IMG/VR virus record: IMGVR_UViG_3300043395_001970
Location: 17,810 to 81,809 of that record
DNA: 64,000 nt
Origin: a virus
Direction: 5' to 3' (one strand)
Shown piece by piece: positions 28,275 to 39,500 of the stretch. Every line of letters begins with the position of its first letter. The first letter of the stretch is position 1. The notes below the pieces were generated by a model. That model was not told the origin of the DNA. It made no database searches and worked only from the letters and a program-made list of their open reading frames with translations. The translations under genes and the position numbers were made by a program.

Positions 28275-28490
28275 CTTTGGAAGTTTTGGTGATTTTGATG
28301 CGGTTGAAGCTTTTATTTGTTCATTTTCCTTCTTCTTAGCATCCACCAATTTTTTATAATAAAAGTTTCTTAAATAAGTTGGCATCTTATATAATTCCAT
28401 CATTGTAAACCCATTCCCATAATGAACCATATCAAAAATTTGGGAATGTAGATTTACACTATGGTTTATCGGAAGGCCAAAAAAACCCAA
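28260..28490 (-). CDS. tail/baseplate assembly chaperone extension (gp51-like), probably reached by frameshift
   Basis: Overlaps the 3' end of the upstream chaperone in the +1 frame at GGG-T7-GG; F..xELYxMPxxxRxFY motif. Confidence 0.65.
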   Translation of the reverse strand: MGFFGLPINHSVNLHSQIFDMVHYGNGFTMMELYKMPTYLRNFYYKKLVDAKKKENEQIKASTASKSPKLPKVRIR

Positions 28491-29220
28491 CTCCTAATAC
28501 TATATTGACGTCCTCCACCTCGCCACTATCGTGCTCATATTTAATAGTCATATCCATATCAGGGGACATATTTTTTACATAATCTCTAAATGCTTTACTA
28601 TCTCTAGCTAACATTCCGTTTATAAATTTACTAATTGCACCTATACTACTATCACCATCAACAGATTTAATCATATATCTTAATCTAGTTGTAATATCAG
28701 CAGATGCATCTTTATTCATCTTTTCTAAAGCAGCTATATCTTTTTCAATCATTTGCTCATCGCCATGAGTTAATAACTTAAATGTAATTTTTTTACCATT
28801 TGATGGTAGTGTAAAACTAAACTCATTTTTGTTATTGAATAAAGAGAAATCAACTTCTTTTGTTTGTATTTTTGATAAATCAACATCAGCTTGTGCTGTA
28901 TCTCTTAATACTGATGAATAAAATTTAAATGAGTATTCAGGTCCATATCCTAATAATCTTGTTGCCAAAATTATGGCATTCTTGTCTCCGATTACAATAT
29001 CGTTAATATTAATATTATCAACAACAATAGATTCAAATAACTTATCTAAAACAACACCTTTTTTAATAAGGTTTTGGTTAGAAAGAATATCTTCTTCCTT
29101 TGCTGTCATATGCTTAATTGTAATTCTACCCGATGCTAATGGGTGGTCTTTTGGGTACACTAACCCTTTTGATGGAAGGTCTAACACTTCCGTTGGAAAA
29201 TCGTATTGTTTTTCTTGCAT
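28459..29220 (-). CDS. tail/baseplate assembly chaperone (T4 gp26-like)
   Basis: LPSKG..Y, MTAKEEDIL, ends in FFW; lies between tube and tape measure genes. Confidence 0.75.
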   Translation of the reverse strand: MQEKQYDFPTEVLDLPSKGLVYPKDHPLASGRITIKHMTAKEEDILSNQNLIKKGVVLDKLFESIVVDNININDIVIGDKNAIILATRLLGYGPEYSFKFYSSVLRDTAQADVDLSKIQTKEVDFSLFNNKNEFSFTLPSNGKKITFKLLTHGDEQMIEKDIAALEKMNKDASADITTRLRYMIKSVDGDSSIGAISKFINGMLARDSKAFRDYVKNMSPDMDMTIKYEHDSGEVEDVNIVLGVGFFWPSDKP

Positions 29221-29272
29221 AACGTAATTTGTTTTGTATATATAAATACATTAATTTAAAAAAGTTGGAAAT

Positions 29273-29308
29273 AAAAAAGGGATACCTTTTGAGTATCCCT
29301 TTCTTTTT
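29273..29308 (-). terminator. intrinsic terminator after tail tube (possibly bidirectional)
   Basis: GGGATAC-7nt-GTATCCC with T-rich tracts on both strands. Confidence 0.75.
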
Positions 29309-29323
29309 ATATCTTTTCTTAGA

Positions 29324-29818
29324 TTAGAATTCAAGAATTGCGTAATCGTAAGATAGTGTTAATTCAATTGTTGCAGGTTCGTTAGAATCAAATGCAACAT
29401 CACCAAAGTTTGCTTGATTGATAAATGCACCTTTTAATTTCCACTGCTCAATCTTATCACCAACAGGTCCTAACATATAAAAATCAATATCTTTTTTGTA
29501 GAACTCTGCATATCCATCTCTACCAGTAATAGATTCATGTGATAATCTCACCCATTCCATTACACCTTGAGCTGCTGAAGGAACGATTGGGTCATACAGA
29601 GTGATAGTGATATCTTGCCACTCACCTTTACCCTTCAACTTTCTCTTTACGTTGATGTGGTCTAAAGTTACTACTTCAAATTGAATAGTAGGTCTATTAG
29701 CTGCTTTTACAAGATACGCAGGTAATCCGACTTCGCCGAACTCCATCACATATCTATTTTTCATCTTAGGTTCGAAGTTCGTATAGAACATCTTATCAAA
29801 CTCTAGTATTTCTGCCAT
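29324..29818 (-). CDS. tail tube protein (T4 gp19-like)
   Basis: Follows the sheath; W.DITITLYD, W.LKGAF, TLSYD. Confidence 0.88.
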   Translation of the reverse strand: MAEILEFDKMFYTNFEPKMKNRYVMEFGEVGLPAYLVKAANRPTIQFEVVTLDHINVKRKLKGKGEWQDITITLYDPIVPSAAQGVMEWVRLSHESITGRDGYAEFYKKDIDFYMLGPVGDKIEQWKLKGAFINQANFGDVAFDSNEPATIELTLSYDYAILEF

Positions 29819-29869
29819 TTTATTATTCCTTTATTTTATTAATAAATATTTCTTCGTTACGTTTTTATA

Positions 29870-32263
29870 TTATGCTGAGAAACTTGCTCCAGTTGGAAGA
29901 ATGTTGAAATCAATTACGATGAATTCTGCAGTCTTCGCTGGTTGAAGGAATATCTGTCCAGCTAATATGTTTCTATCAATCACATCAGGTGTATTGTTAG
30001 TTTCATCCATTACAACTCTGAATGCGTATAAACCTTGTCTTTGTTGAATTGCTTCTAAGTAAGGATTTACAGTATTCAAGAATCTTCCTCTAGTTGTAGA
30101 AGTATTTTGTTCAAATACTAAGAAACGAGAAGTAGATGCGATGAACTTCTTAACAGTGATAAGTAATCTTCTTACGTTGATTCTATCTAATGCCGATGCT
30201 TTATCTTGTAGAGTTTTTTGTCCGAATGCTACAATACCTTGTCCAGGGAATGCTGCGATTGGGTTTACTTTGTTCTCATATAGAGTATCTCTTTCAGAGT
30301 GTGTTAATCTATTCAATACACTAACTGCTCCAGTAATACCACCTCTATTCAAACCAGCAGGTGCGAACCATTCTGCTGCTAATCTATCATTCTGAGCGAA
30401 TACCGCTGGAAGTAATACTGAAGGTGGAACAGTTGTAAGTTTGTTTGTGTTAGTATCAATTGTCTTAACCCAAGGATAGTAAGTTGCTACATAGTTTGAA
30501 TCTACTGCGTTAGCTGCTTCAGTTGCTTCAGTTATTGTATCATCATAATCGTTGAAATCAGCGATATAGAATGCATCTTGTCTATCTTCAACCATATCAA
30601 TAGCCTTTGTAGTTACTGATGGGTGAAGGCTTCTTACAATACCAGGAGTTACAACCATATTGATATCCCATTCATCAGGATTAGATACAGCGTTGATACC
30701 TCTAGCATATGATAGTGAACCAGATGATGTTGAAGTTGAACAATTAAATCCTTGCGTATTTGCTGCTCCCCATTCAGTATCACCAGCTTTTGCTGCTTTA
30801 ACAGTTGGGTTCATACCATCATATCCACTTTGGAATGCTAATACAAATTGTCTTTTGGCCATATCACCAGAAGTAGAACCTGTCATTTCGTATTGATAAT
30901 TTGGATAAATAGCCGAATTATCAAATGCGAATATTTTATTATTACCCGTTGCTACACCTTGTGGCAATGGTTTTAAGTATTGTTTGTTATCCAAAGAAAC
31001 ACCAGAAGTTTCAAAATCAAAACCTGCGAAATAAACAGGAGATGATGATGTGTTTACTGCTGAACCAGTTTGGAATACAACCGCAGGAACTTTTGATTCA
31101 TCTGCTGTTGCTACTTTGATTGGGTTGAAATAAGCTGCATGTCCAAATGGTGCTGCCGATACAGGAAATGCTCCTGCTTCTTTTACTTCAACTCTAATAT
31201 ATTTTGACCTAGCTACATAATCACCATTTTCAGTAATCTTACCATCAGAATCAATTGTTAAATATCTATCACCAATTCTTCTAGCAATATAGTTTGGAGA
31301 AGCAGGGTCTAAGTTTACGTTATTATATGTTTCTAATACAACTTTTCTTTTATCAGTGTCAGAGAATGAACGGATTGTTACAGTAAATGTAGCGTAATCA
31401 GTTGCTCCATCTTCACCAGCTGCTTTTACATTAGAAATACCAACTTTAAATTTAGTATTATAATTTGTACCATGTCCTAATGTTGCAAAACGGAAAAGGT
31501 CATATCTTTCACCACTTATGTTCTGAGATTTAACCCAAGGAGTAAATGCTTCAGAATAAGCTGGTGAAATTTCATTACCACTATAATTTTGGTCAGGCAA
31601 TTCTTTTACAAAAATTGATGCTGAAGCGTATGGTGAAGATAATGCAGAACCGGTGTTTTCAAAGAAAATGTAAGTGTAAGCTTTCTTTGAAGTTGATGCA
31701 GATGTTACAATTGGAGAAGTACCAAATACATCAGAAAGGTCATTTACATCCGAATTATTTATAGAAGCAGAAATTGAATATCCACTTTGTAATAGGTTTG
31801 AACCAGAAAGTAAGAATGCTCCACTTCCAGTTAAATCAGCACCAAATATTGGCATTATGTTAGCTGCAGGGAATCCTACATTTTGTTGTCCTAAATTAGT
31901 ATTATAAAGAACACCAATTAAAGTTGGAGTTCTTCCACTAGCTTCTGTCCATGCGGAAGATGATGCAAATATACCCATAGGTTTTACTTGAGTATAACCA
32001 CCAACTCCAGCTACTCTTACGATTGTTGCTGAACCAGCTTCTCTTAAATAGTTTTGTACTGCATATTCAGTATAATATGTCCCATCAGGTGTTCCGAAGA
32101 TATCTTCAAATTCTGATTGTGTTCTCACAATAGTTGGAACAAATGCAGGTCCTTGTTTGAAAGGTCCTATAAATGCTGCTCCAATTTCTCCAATTCCTTG
32201 CGCTAAGAAGGATAGGTCATTTTCTCTTGTGAATACGCCAGGTGATACGATTCTTTCTGCCAT
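29870..32263 (-). CDS. contractile tail sheath protein (T4 gp18-like)
   Basis: SPGVFTREND, YYPW, WFAPAGLNRG, LYENKVNPI, GQKTLQ, RINVRRL, PAKTAEFI. Confidence 0.95.
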   Translation of the reverse strand: MAERIVSPGVFTRENDLSFLAQGIGEIGAAFIGPFKQGPAFVPTIVRTQSEFEDIFGTPDGTYYTEYAVQNYLREAGSATIVRVAGVGGYTQVKPMGIFASSSAWTEASGRTPTLIGVLYNTNLGQQNVGFPAANIMPIFGADLTGSGAFLLSGSNLLQSGYSISASINNSDVNDLSDVFGTSPIVTSASTSKKAYTYIFFENTGSALSSPYASASIFVKELPDQNYSGNEISPAYSEAFTPWVKSQNISGERYDLFRFATLGHGTNYNTKFKVGISNVKAAGEDGATDYATFTVTIRSFSDTDKRKVVLETYNNVNLDPASPNYIARRIGDRYLTIDSDGKITENGDYVARSKYIRVEVKEAGAFPVSAAPFGHAAYFNPIKVATADESKVPAVVFQTGSAVNTSSSPVYFAGFDFETSGVSLDNKQYLKPLPQGVATGNNKIFAFDNSAIYPNYQYEMTGSTSGDMAKRQFVLAFQSGYDGMNPTVKAAKAGDTEWGAANTQGFNCSTSTSSGSLSYARGINAVSNPDEWDINMVVTPGIVRSLHPSVTTKAIDMVEDRQDAFYIADFNDYDDTITEATEAANAVDSNYVATYYPWVKTIDTNTNKLTTVPPSVLLPAVFAQNDRLAAEWFAPAGLNRGGITGAVSVLNRLTHSERDTLYENKVNPIAAFPGQGIVAFGQKTLQDKASALDRINVRRLLITVKKFIASTSRFLVFEQNTSTTRGRFLNTVNPYLEAIQQRQGLYAFRVVMDETNNTPDVIDRNILAGQIFLQPAKTAEFIVIDFNILPTGASFSA

Positions 32264-32332
32264 TTTATTTCTCCAATTAGATTTTTGTTATAATTTGTAT
32301 TCCTATAAAAATACACATATAAATATAAACAA

Positions 32333-32367
32333 AATATCCAAAACACAATAATGATGCTTTGGATATT
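32333..32367 (-). terminator. possible terminator hairpin
   Basis: AATATCCAAA...TTTGGATATT inverted repeat between the fibre-accessory and sheath genes. Confidence 0.45.
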
Positions 32368-32390
32368 ACGTTTGATTAATTCTTTAAAAA

Positions 32391-32780
32391 TTATATAGGT
32401 AAAGAACCCGAATTAGAACCAGATACAGGTGACCAAGGTAAATCAAAAGTGTCTACATTTTGTATCACATTTCTTTTTCTATCTATATCTTTTTGAATTC
32501 TATCACTAATATGGTCCCAATATGAAGTGTTTGAAGAACCACTTACATAGCTCTTAATCCACCCCAAAACTTGCTCTTCTGTAAGTTGTGTATAATCAAC
32601 AAAGTTTTCAGGATCTACTGAACTTAAATCAAATGGTGTAGCTCCTACAAATGCTCCAGAAACATTATCTGAAGTATCCGTTCCAGTACACTCCCAACGA
32701 GTACCTATAATTACATTATCTAAACCATTACCACTTGTTTTTGATAATGCTGTAATTTTCCATGTATAATTTATTGCCAT
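32391..32780 (-). CDS. tail-fibre-associated hypothetical protein
   Basis: YTWKI...F..Y.QLTEEQVLGWI...LPW pattern common in fibre-accessory proteins. Confidence 0.6.
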   Translation of the reverse strand: MAINYTWKITALSKTSGNGLDNVIIGTRWECTGTDTSDNVSGAFVGATPFDLSSVDPENFVDYTQLTEEQVLGWIKSYVSGSSNTSYWDHISDRIQKDIDRKRNVIQNVDTFDLPWSPVSGSNSGSLPI

Positions 32781-32818
32781 TTTCTTTTTATTTTAATTAT
32801 AAATATTTGTTTTTAAAA

Positions 32819-33106
32819 TTAACCATTTTCTTGTCCTGTCACTTTAAAATCAAAATCTTGACACATTTTTTCTGCTAAATAGAAATTACTACCACTCCAT
32901 GCATTTAAAACATTTTGTGGTACTTTCCATTCACCTGTTGATACTGTTGTATCTGGTATTGCAACCGATTCTCTATTTGGGTCTCTATATCTTAACTCAT
33001 ATCTTAAAATACAATCATCATCATTCAAATCATATCTTAAAATGTTTGTAAATACAGTGTTTACTTTTTTACCAAATAAATTTTTTTCTTCAATAAAAGT
33101 TATCAT
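32819..33106 (-). CDS. hypothetical protein
   Basis: 95-aa ORF in operon. Confidence 0.6.
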   Translation of the reverse strand: MITFIEEKNLFGKKVNTVFTNILRYDLNDDDCILRYELRYRDPNRESVAIPDTTVSTGEWKVPQNVLNAWSGSNFYLAEKMCQDFDFKVTGQENG

Positions 33107-33120
33107 CTTCTTTTTTGTTT

Positions 33121-33546
33121 TTAAACATCAACTAAAACAGTTGCTGATTGGATTACATTTCTTTCTATCAAATCTGCCGCTATCTTTTCTTTTAGTAAAG
33201 GATATGCTTTTGCAAATATATCACCACCTTCCAATACAGTAAAATCAGGAACCTTTTTTTCATAAACTCTACCATCAATAACTTCTTGTTCCGTTCTTGT
33301 CATTGGTAAAGAATGCCAATGTGGTATAGCATCTATCTTAGCAAGAAATCTTTCTTGAATAGGCGCTCCCATACGATTTGAAATATTAGTTTCCAACAAT
33401 CTTGCTGTTTCTTCGTTTTTAAATACATTCACATAAAGTTCTAATGCTCCTTTGTTTCTATCTACCACATAACGATAAATTCTAACATAAGCTTCATCAG
33501 TTATTCCCTGCGATGTACCTACTTGTGCTGCTATTTTAATTGCCAT
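33121..33546 (-). CDS. hypothetical protein (fibre accessory)
   Basis: 141-aa ORF preceded by the ATATTTATA motif. Confidence 0.6.
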   Translation of the reverse strand: MAIKIAAQVGTSQGITDEAYVRIYRYVVDRNKGALELYVNVFKNEETARLLETNISNRMGAPIQERFLAKIDAIPHWHSLPMTRTEQEVIDGRVYEKKVPDFTVLEGGDIFAKAYPLLKEKIAADLIERNVIQSATVLVDV

Positions 33547-33579
33547 AGTTATTTTCCTTTAATATATATAAATATATAG

Positions 33580-36500
33580 TTACTTATTCAAACCTAATTT
33601 TTCTTCCAAAATTTTTATTTTAGCCTTTAATTCTTCAATCTGAGTTTGTTGTTCTTTCATAGCGTTTACTAATAATGCAGGCATTGCTCTATCTCTTATT
33701 GCTAAATATCCAGCATCATCAGGTCTTACTAATAATGGTTCAACATCTTCAACTTCTTGAGCGATAAAACCAATATCATGTCTTAGATTTGTTGTTTCAT
33801 ATTCATCAGTACCCTCTTTCCAATCAAATTCAACACCTCTCAATTTCAGAACTTTATCTAATGCATTTTCGTAAAACTTAACATTATCTTTTAATCTTCT
33901 ATCAGATGGAGAACCATATGCAATAATATTGTTTGATGCAATAATCACACCATCATATCTCAAGTTAATGTTTGCACCACCACCTCTATTACCAGAGAAG
34001 ATTCTCAAACCATAAGAAGCACGAAGTGATAAATATCCGTCATTCACGTCTGCCAAATCACCATCATCGGATACCCACATACCACCACCACCATAGTTAT
34101 CAAAGTTTGCACGAACTACATATGGAGTACCAATAGTATCATCATTCAAATAGTATCTCTGCCATCTAGAAGACCAACCACCCCATCTTACAACGTTATC
34201 ACCATCCAAACCTAAGTTCAATGCGTAGTAACCACCTTTGTGGAATGACATGAACGCACCATTGTTACCAGTTGAGTATGGTTGCAACATTGCCGAATCG
34301 GTTTGTGTTGCGTAGTATCCTCTATTGTAAGTAAAGTAAACTCTTGAATAGTGATTATAATCGTAAGTTGGAATACAATATTCACCTCTGTTGTTAGAGT
34401 CAACCATTGCTTTCCAACCACTATTGTTTGGCCAAGAGTTTCTAAACCACAATCTATCTACAGGTCCACCAACTAATTGCCATCCATATCCTGCATTATA
34501 ACTCCAAGTATAGTGGTATGATTGAACACCCACCCAGTGAGATGTACCAGGAGGTTGGTTAGCCGGGTTTGACCAAGTATCAATATCACCACTACCCCAA
34601 TCCATTACCCAGTTGAAGTCCGTAGTACCCCAACCCATATTACCTGTCCAATAATAAACATCACCAGTGTAATCTTGTGGTCTTCTCCAGTTTGACCTAC
34701 CTGTCAATGATATATTACCTTTACCTCTATTTTCTAATCCTAACCATTGAGAACGAGAGTTAGGATTCATATAGTATCCAGTATCATCTCTATCATAGTA
34801 AATGTATGCTCTTGCATCATTCATATATGTGATACGATACAACTCCATATGGGCGTTACCATATTCAATACGAATCTGCCAGTTTCCGGAGTTATTTAAC
34901 ATACCGAAACCACTACCATCCCAATATCCAGCGTATCCTCTTAAATCAGATTCGTAGTTGTTGTAGAATACTATACCACCATATCCATATCCACCACCGG
35001 CTGCTTTCCAATATCCGTTATTAGAATACCAGTGCATTCCTCTATTGTTATTATACAAACCTTGTCCAGAGTTATTATTTCTAAACCAAGCATTTGAATA
35101 TATGTCATTGAAAGTTGGAGAAGCATCGGTTCTTACGTTTTGGTTGATGTAGTTACTCATCCAACCCATATATCTATTCCAATAGTTACCATCTCTTGCA
35201 AACTGATGAGATTCTAAACCATCAGAACCATATCTCATAATATGGTAACCATTTGCGTAAGCTTGTAGATATAAGTGAGAACTATGCCATTGTATCTTAT
35301 AGTATTCACCCGTCCAACCACCAGGATCAGAATACAACATATAACCAGGATTGATGTATATGTTATTTGCATTTACAAAGTTTAATCTATTTGTAGAAGC
35401 AGGGTCACAATAATATCCTGAATTATTTGTATCATAGAAAATAGTTGCGTAGAAATCACCACCACTACCTAAGTACATATTTCCAACCCAGAAGTTGTAC
35501 ATCGCCAAACGATATCCATTGGCGTACATTTCATTTACGTTGAAATAGAAGTTAGAACGGTCAGTATAAATGTGAGCATGTCCAGTATTTGCCGGTCCAA
35601 ACTGAATCCATCCAGAAGGTGTATAATGTCTCCATCCCCAATCACCGGCACCAAAGTAGAATCCACTATTACCATAATCTATCGTTGAAAGACGAGAACG
35701 TCCATTTGGGTCAACAAAGAATGCGGAGTTATTTCTATCATAAAGTATTGGTGTGTATATTTGACCAGGAACGTGAAATTCAGGTCCATAGAAATATCCA
35801 TCACCTTCTATGTTTCCAGTACCGGCCGCAGATATATAATCGTTTACGTTTCCATATGTTCCAGTTGAATCGAATACAATTCTACCAGTTGCTGCAATTC
35901 TTATACGGTCATGTATAGTTGATGTATCAGGATCATTACCTTTAAAGATTAACAATTCAGATTCATCACCATTTCTCCAAATTCTTTCTATAAGAGCAGT
36001 GTGGTTATATGAACCAGGATTATCACCAACAACTCCATAGAAATATAATCCATTTGATGTTGTTGAAATACCACTTAAATAGATACCGCTAAATCTAGAA
36101 TCACCATTAGGATTGACGTAATATGTAGTATCATTTGCATCATAATAGATACCCGCTCTCATTTGGTCTCTTACCCAAAGGTGTCCATCAGGGTGGAACT
36201 GAGCCACACCTGTCCATCCAGAAGTTAAGATACTGAATGATTTTGATGAACTCATATGGATACCAAAACCTTCTCTACCCCAATATCCTCTTGATGTTGA
36301 GTGTTTAATCAAACCTTCATCCCATGTACCAGCTCTTAACCAATAAATGTAAGGCCATTGGTCAGCGTTTGATGTATCATATGCAGTACCATTAACATAG
36401 AAGTAACCACTTTGAAGTGCTACTATATTTGATAAACTTGTTGGGTCTACATAATATGCTGTGTTGTTATAATCATAGAAAATTGGAGAACGCATTTGAT

Positions 36501-39500
36501 TGTATGCGTAGAAAATACCACTACTAAATTCACCCCAAGCATTATTAGAACCTCCACCAAAATAGATTACGTTACCGTCATAATAATTCAAATACAAACC
36601 ATATCCACTACCAGCATCTAAGTGTAAATTACCATTTGTTGTTGCTACTGATGCAAATGCCGAATCAATATATCCATTTCTACCATCACCACCAACTAAT
36701 AAATAAGCTCCCCAAGTGTTATTTGGACCAAATAATGCACCACCTCTCATTCTCAATGCAGTCATTGATGTTGAGTTAGGGTCTATGTAGTATCCACTAT
36801 CATTTGCATCATAATAAATTGTACCATAAACACGTCCACCAAAATATAATATTGGGTCTCCACTCTCTCTACCGATATAAGCAAACTGATTATTACCGGC
36901 GGTGTTATCCATAAATCTTACATAAGAGTTGTTATTATTATCATTAGCATCAACTCTTAGGATAATATCGTTAAATGAGTTTATAGATATTGAATCGGTA
37001 AACGTACCATTCAAGTCAGTAGAAGCAATACCATGAAACTGATACGAATCATATGAAGCGTTCCAGTCAAATGAAACATATGCTAATCTGGTCATATATG
37101 AACTCCACGAACCATAGTTAGCCCATATAGAACGTTCACTATTTAATCTAAACGAGTTATCGGAACGAATGTAGTTATCATTGTAAAGAACTTTTGAACC
37201 TCTTACTCTTAAATAAGTTCCATCAACCATATACCAGCCACCACCCCAACCAAATCCAATTTCCTCATCTCTCATAAATGATGCAGCACCTCTACCAAAT
37301 ACGATTGCGTCTTGGTTTCCTAATAATTGAAGTGAACCATTTATGAATACTCTGTTATTTGTAATTGTACTAATTACTGAAGCGTTATCAGTTGCGGTAT
37401 ATGAAAAATCAGTAGTTGCAATACCCATTCTTTGGTCGGATGAGAAGAATGCTGCCAAACCACCATTTATTGAAGTAAAATCAGAAGTGTTATTAGTATA
37501 AATGTATAAAGAACCTCCTGTATTTGTTCTACCAGCTACTATATAGTTACCACCATTATTACCTAATTGTAAACCATACCAACTCAATGAGCCGTGATAG
37601 TTATTTGAACCATCATATCTAGCTCTAAAATAATTTCCACCAGGAATATATATGTCACCAGTTGCAACATTTCCTCTACTTGTTACAGTAGCTAATGTTT
37701 CCGAACCAGCCGTACCAGTAATATTTCCTGTTATATTAGCTGTAGTATTATCTAAATGGAATGCTGCTCTTGGAATTGTTACAGAATAACTTGAGTGATT
37801 TGAGTAGGTGAATGGACCATGCGTCATATTCAAATTAGAATATGAAATCTTAACATTATAGCTTAACCCAGCTCCACAATTTGGATTTACAATTAATCTT
37901 AATACCCAACCTGTTGATACATGGTCACCATTAATACCCAATAAACCATTTGCGTTACTACCATTCCACAATCCAACATTATTGTTAGAACCTGCTGATA
38001 ATATCAAATTAGATGAAATTCTATCACCAATGTAAACAATCCATTTTTTATATTCAACATAAGAAGTTTGTGTATAACCTCTATGAGAACCAATTACTTC
38101 AATTACAATAGAACTATCATAACCACCATATGAATTAATCGTACCAATTGTATAAATTCTTGCATTTTCATTACAAGCCGGCCAGTTATCAGGGGTTGAA
38201 ACAACACCTTTAAATTCAGTATAGTTATCACTAAATGTATGAGAACCATATAATCTTGAAGACCTATTATAAAGACTTCCACCAGCATTTGGGTCTAAGA
38301 AGTATGAAGTACTAGCTACATCATATAGTATAGGTGTATAAAATGCACCATTTTGAGAATCAGGAGTTACATATACATCCTGATTTAGCATTCTTAATGT
38401 TGTAAAATTACTATTTCCTTCTGTTCCTGTATTTAAATTAATTCTTTTTGATGAACCTCTATTTGAAATATTCATCGCACCAGCACCATCCAAATTCAAT
38501 GATAAACCATCTGTAGCATATGCTGCATAAGAACCGAATGATTGAGTTCTACCACCTAAACCAAACCATGCTCTTTGTGAACCTTGGTCATCATACATTC
38601 CTAATAACAAATAGTTACTAGCAGATGTATTGTCCCATCTCATAAATGGAGCGCCTGTATTATTAAAATCAGCCAATCCATTTATTACTAATCCGGCAAA
38701 TGTTACCGAATCCGATGTTCTTATATTTTGGTTCATTAAGTGAACTTCGGTCAAACCTTGTCCAGTATTAACCTGAGCAGATACTAAGTTTCCAGGTATT
38801 GTAAATGTACCTGCGCTATCTAGTCTACCAATTTGAGTCCATCCTATTGTTCTACCTGCTGTTGTAGTTTGGTCATTGTAGAAAGTAAATCCTTGGTTAA
38901 AATTAAGATATGTTGCTGTATCGGTTAGTGGGGCAATTAGTTGACCTGATGTAGCTGTATGCCTTACATTATATCCAATACCGCCATACCATCCACCACT
39001 ATAACCAGCAACCATACCTCTACCCTCAGAACCACCACTACCTAAGTTTACGTTGTATGTACCATTAGCATCATAAAAATTAGCAGCTCTTACATTTGCA
39101 TAAATTACAGTATCTGTAGTTCTTAGATTTTGGTCCATTAAGTAAACTTCGGTAGCACCTTGTCCAGTATCAATTGTACCACTAAGAATTACATTACCAT
39201 TAACCTGTAATGTATTATCTGCATACCATCTATCAGTTGATTCATCCCAATAGAATGAAACATTTGCTGATGAACCTCTCCTTACTTCAATACCAGCATT
39301 TTCAGATGGTGCTCCAGAAGTAAAGTTTGAATTTAATGTAATTATATTATCAGCTAATAAAATAGTTTCAGTATTGATTGTGGTAGTTGTACCACTTACA
39401 GTAAGATTACCTGTAATTGTTGCATTACCTGTTACTGTCAATAGTGTACCATCAAATGTTAAGTTTTGTTCTACTGTACCATTTGGTGCCGTTCCATTTA

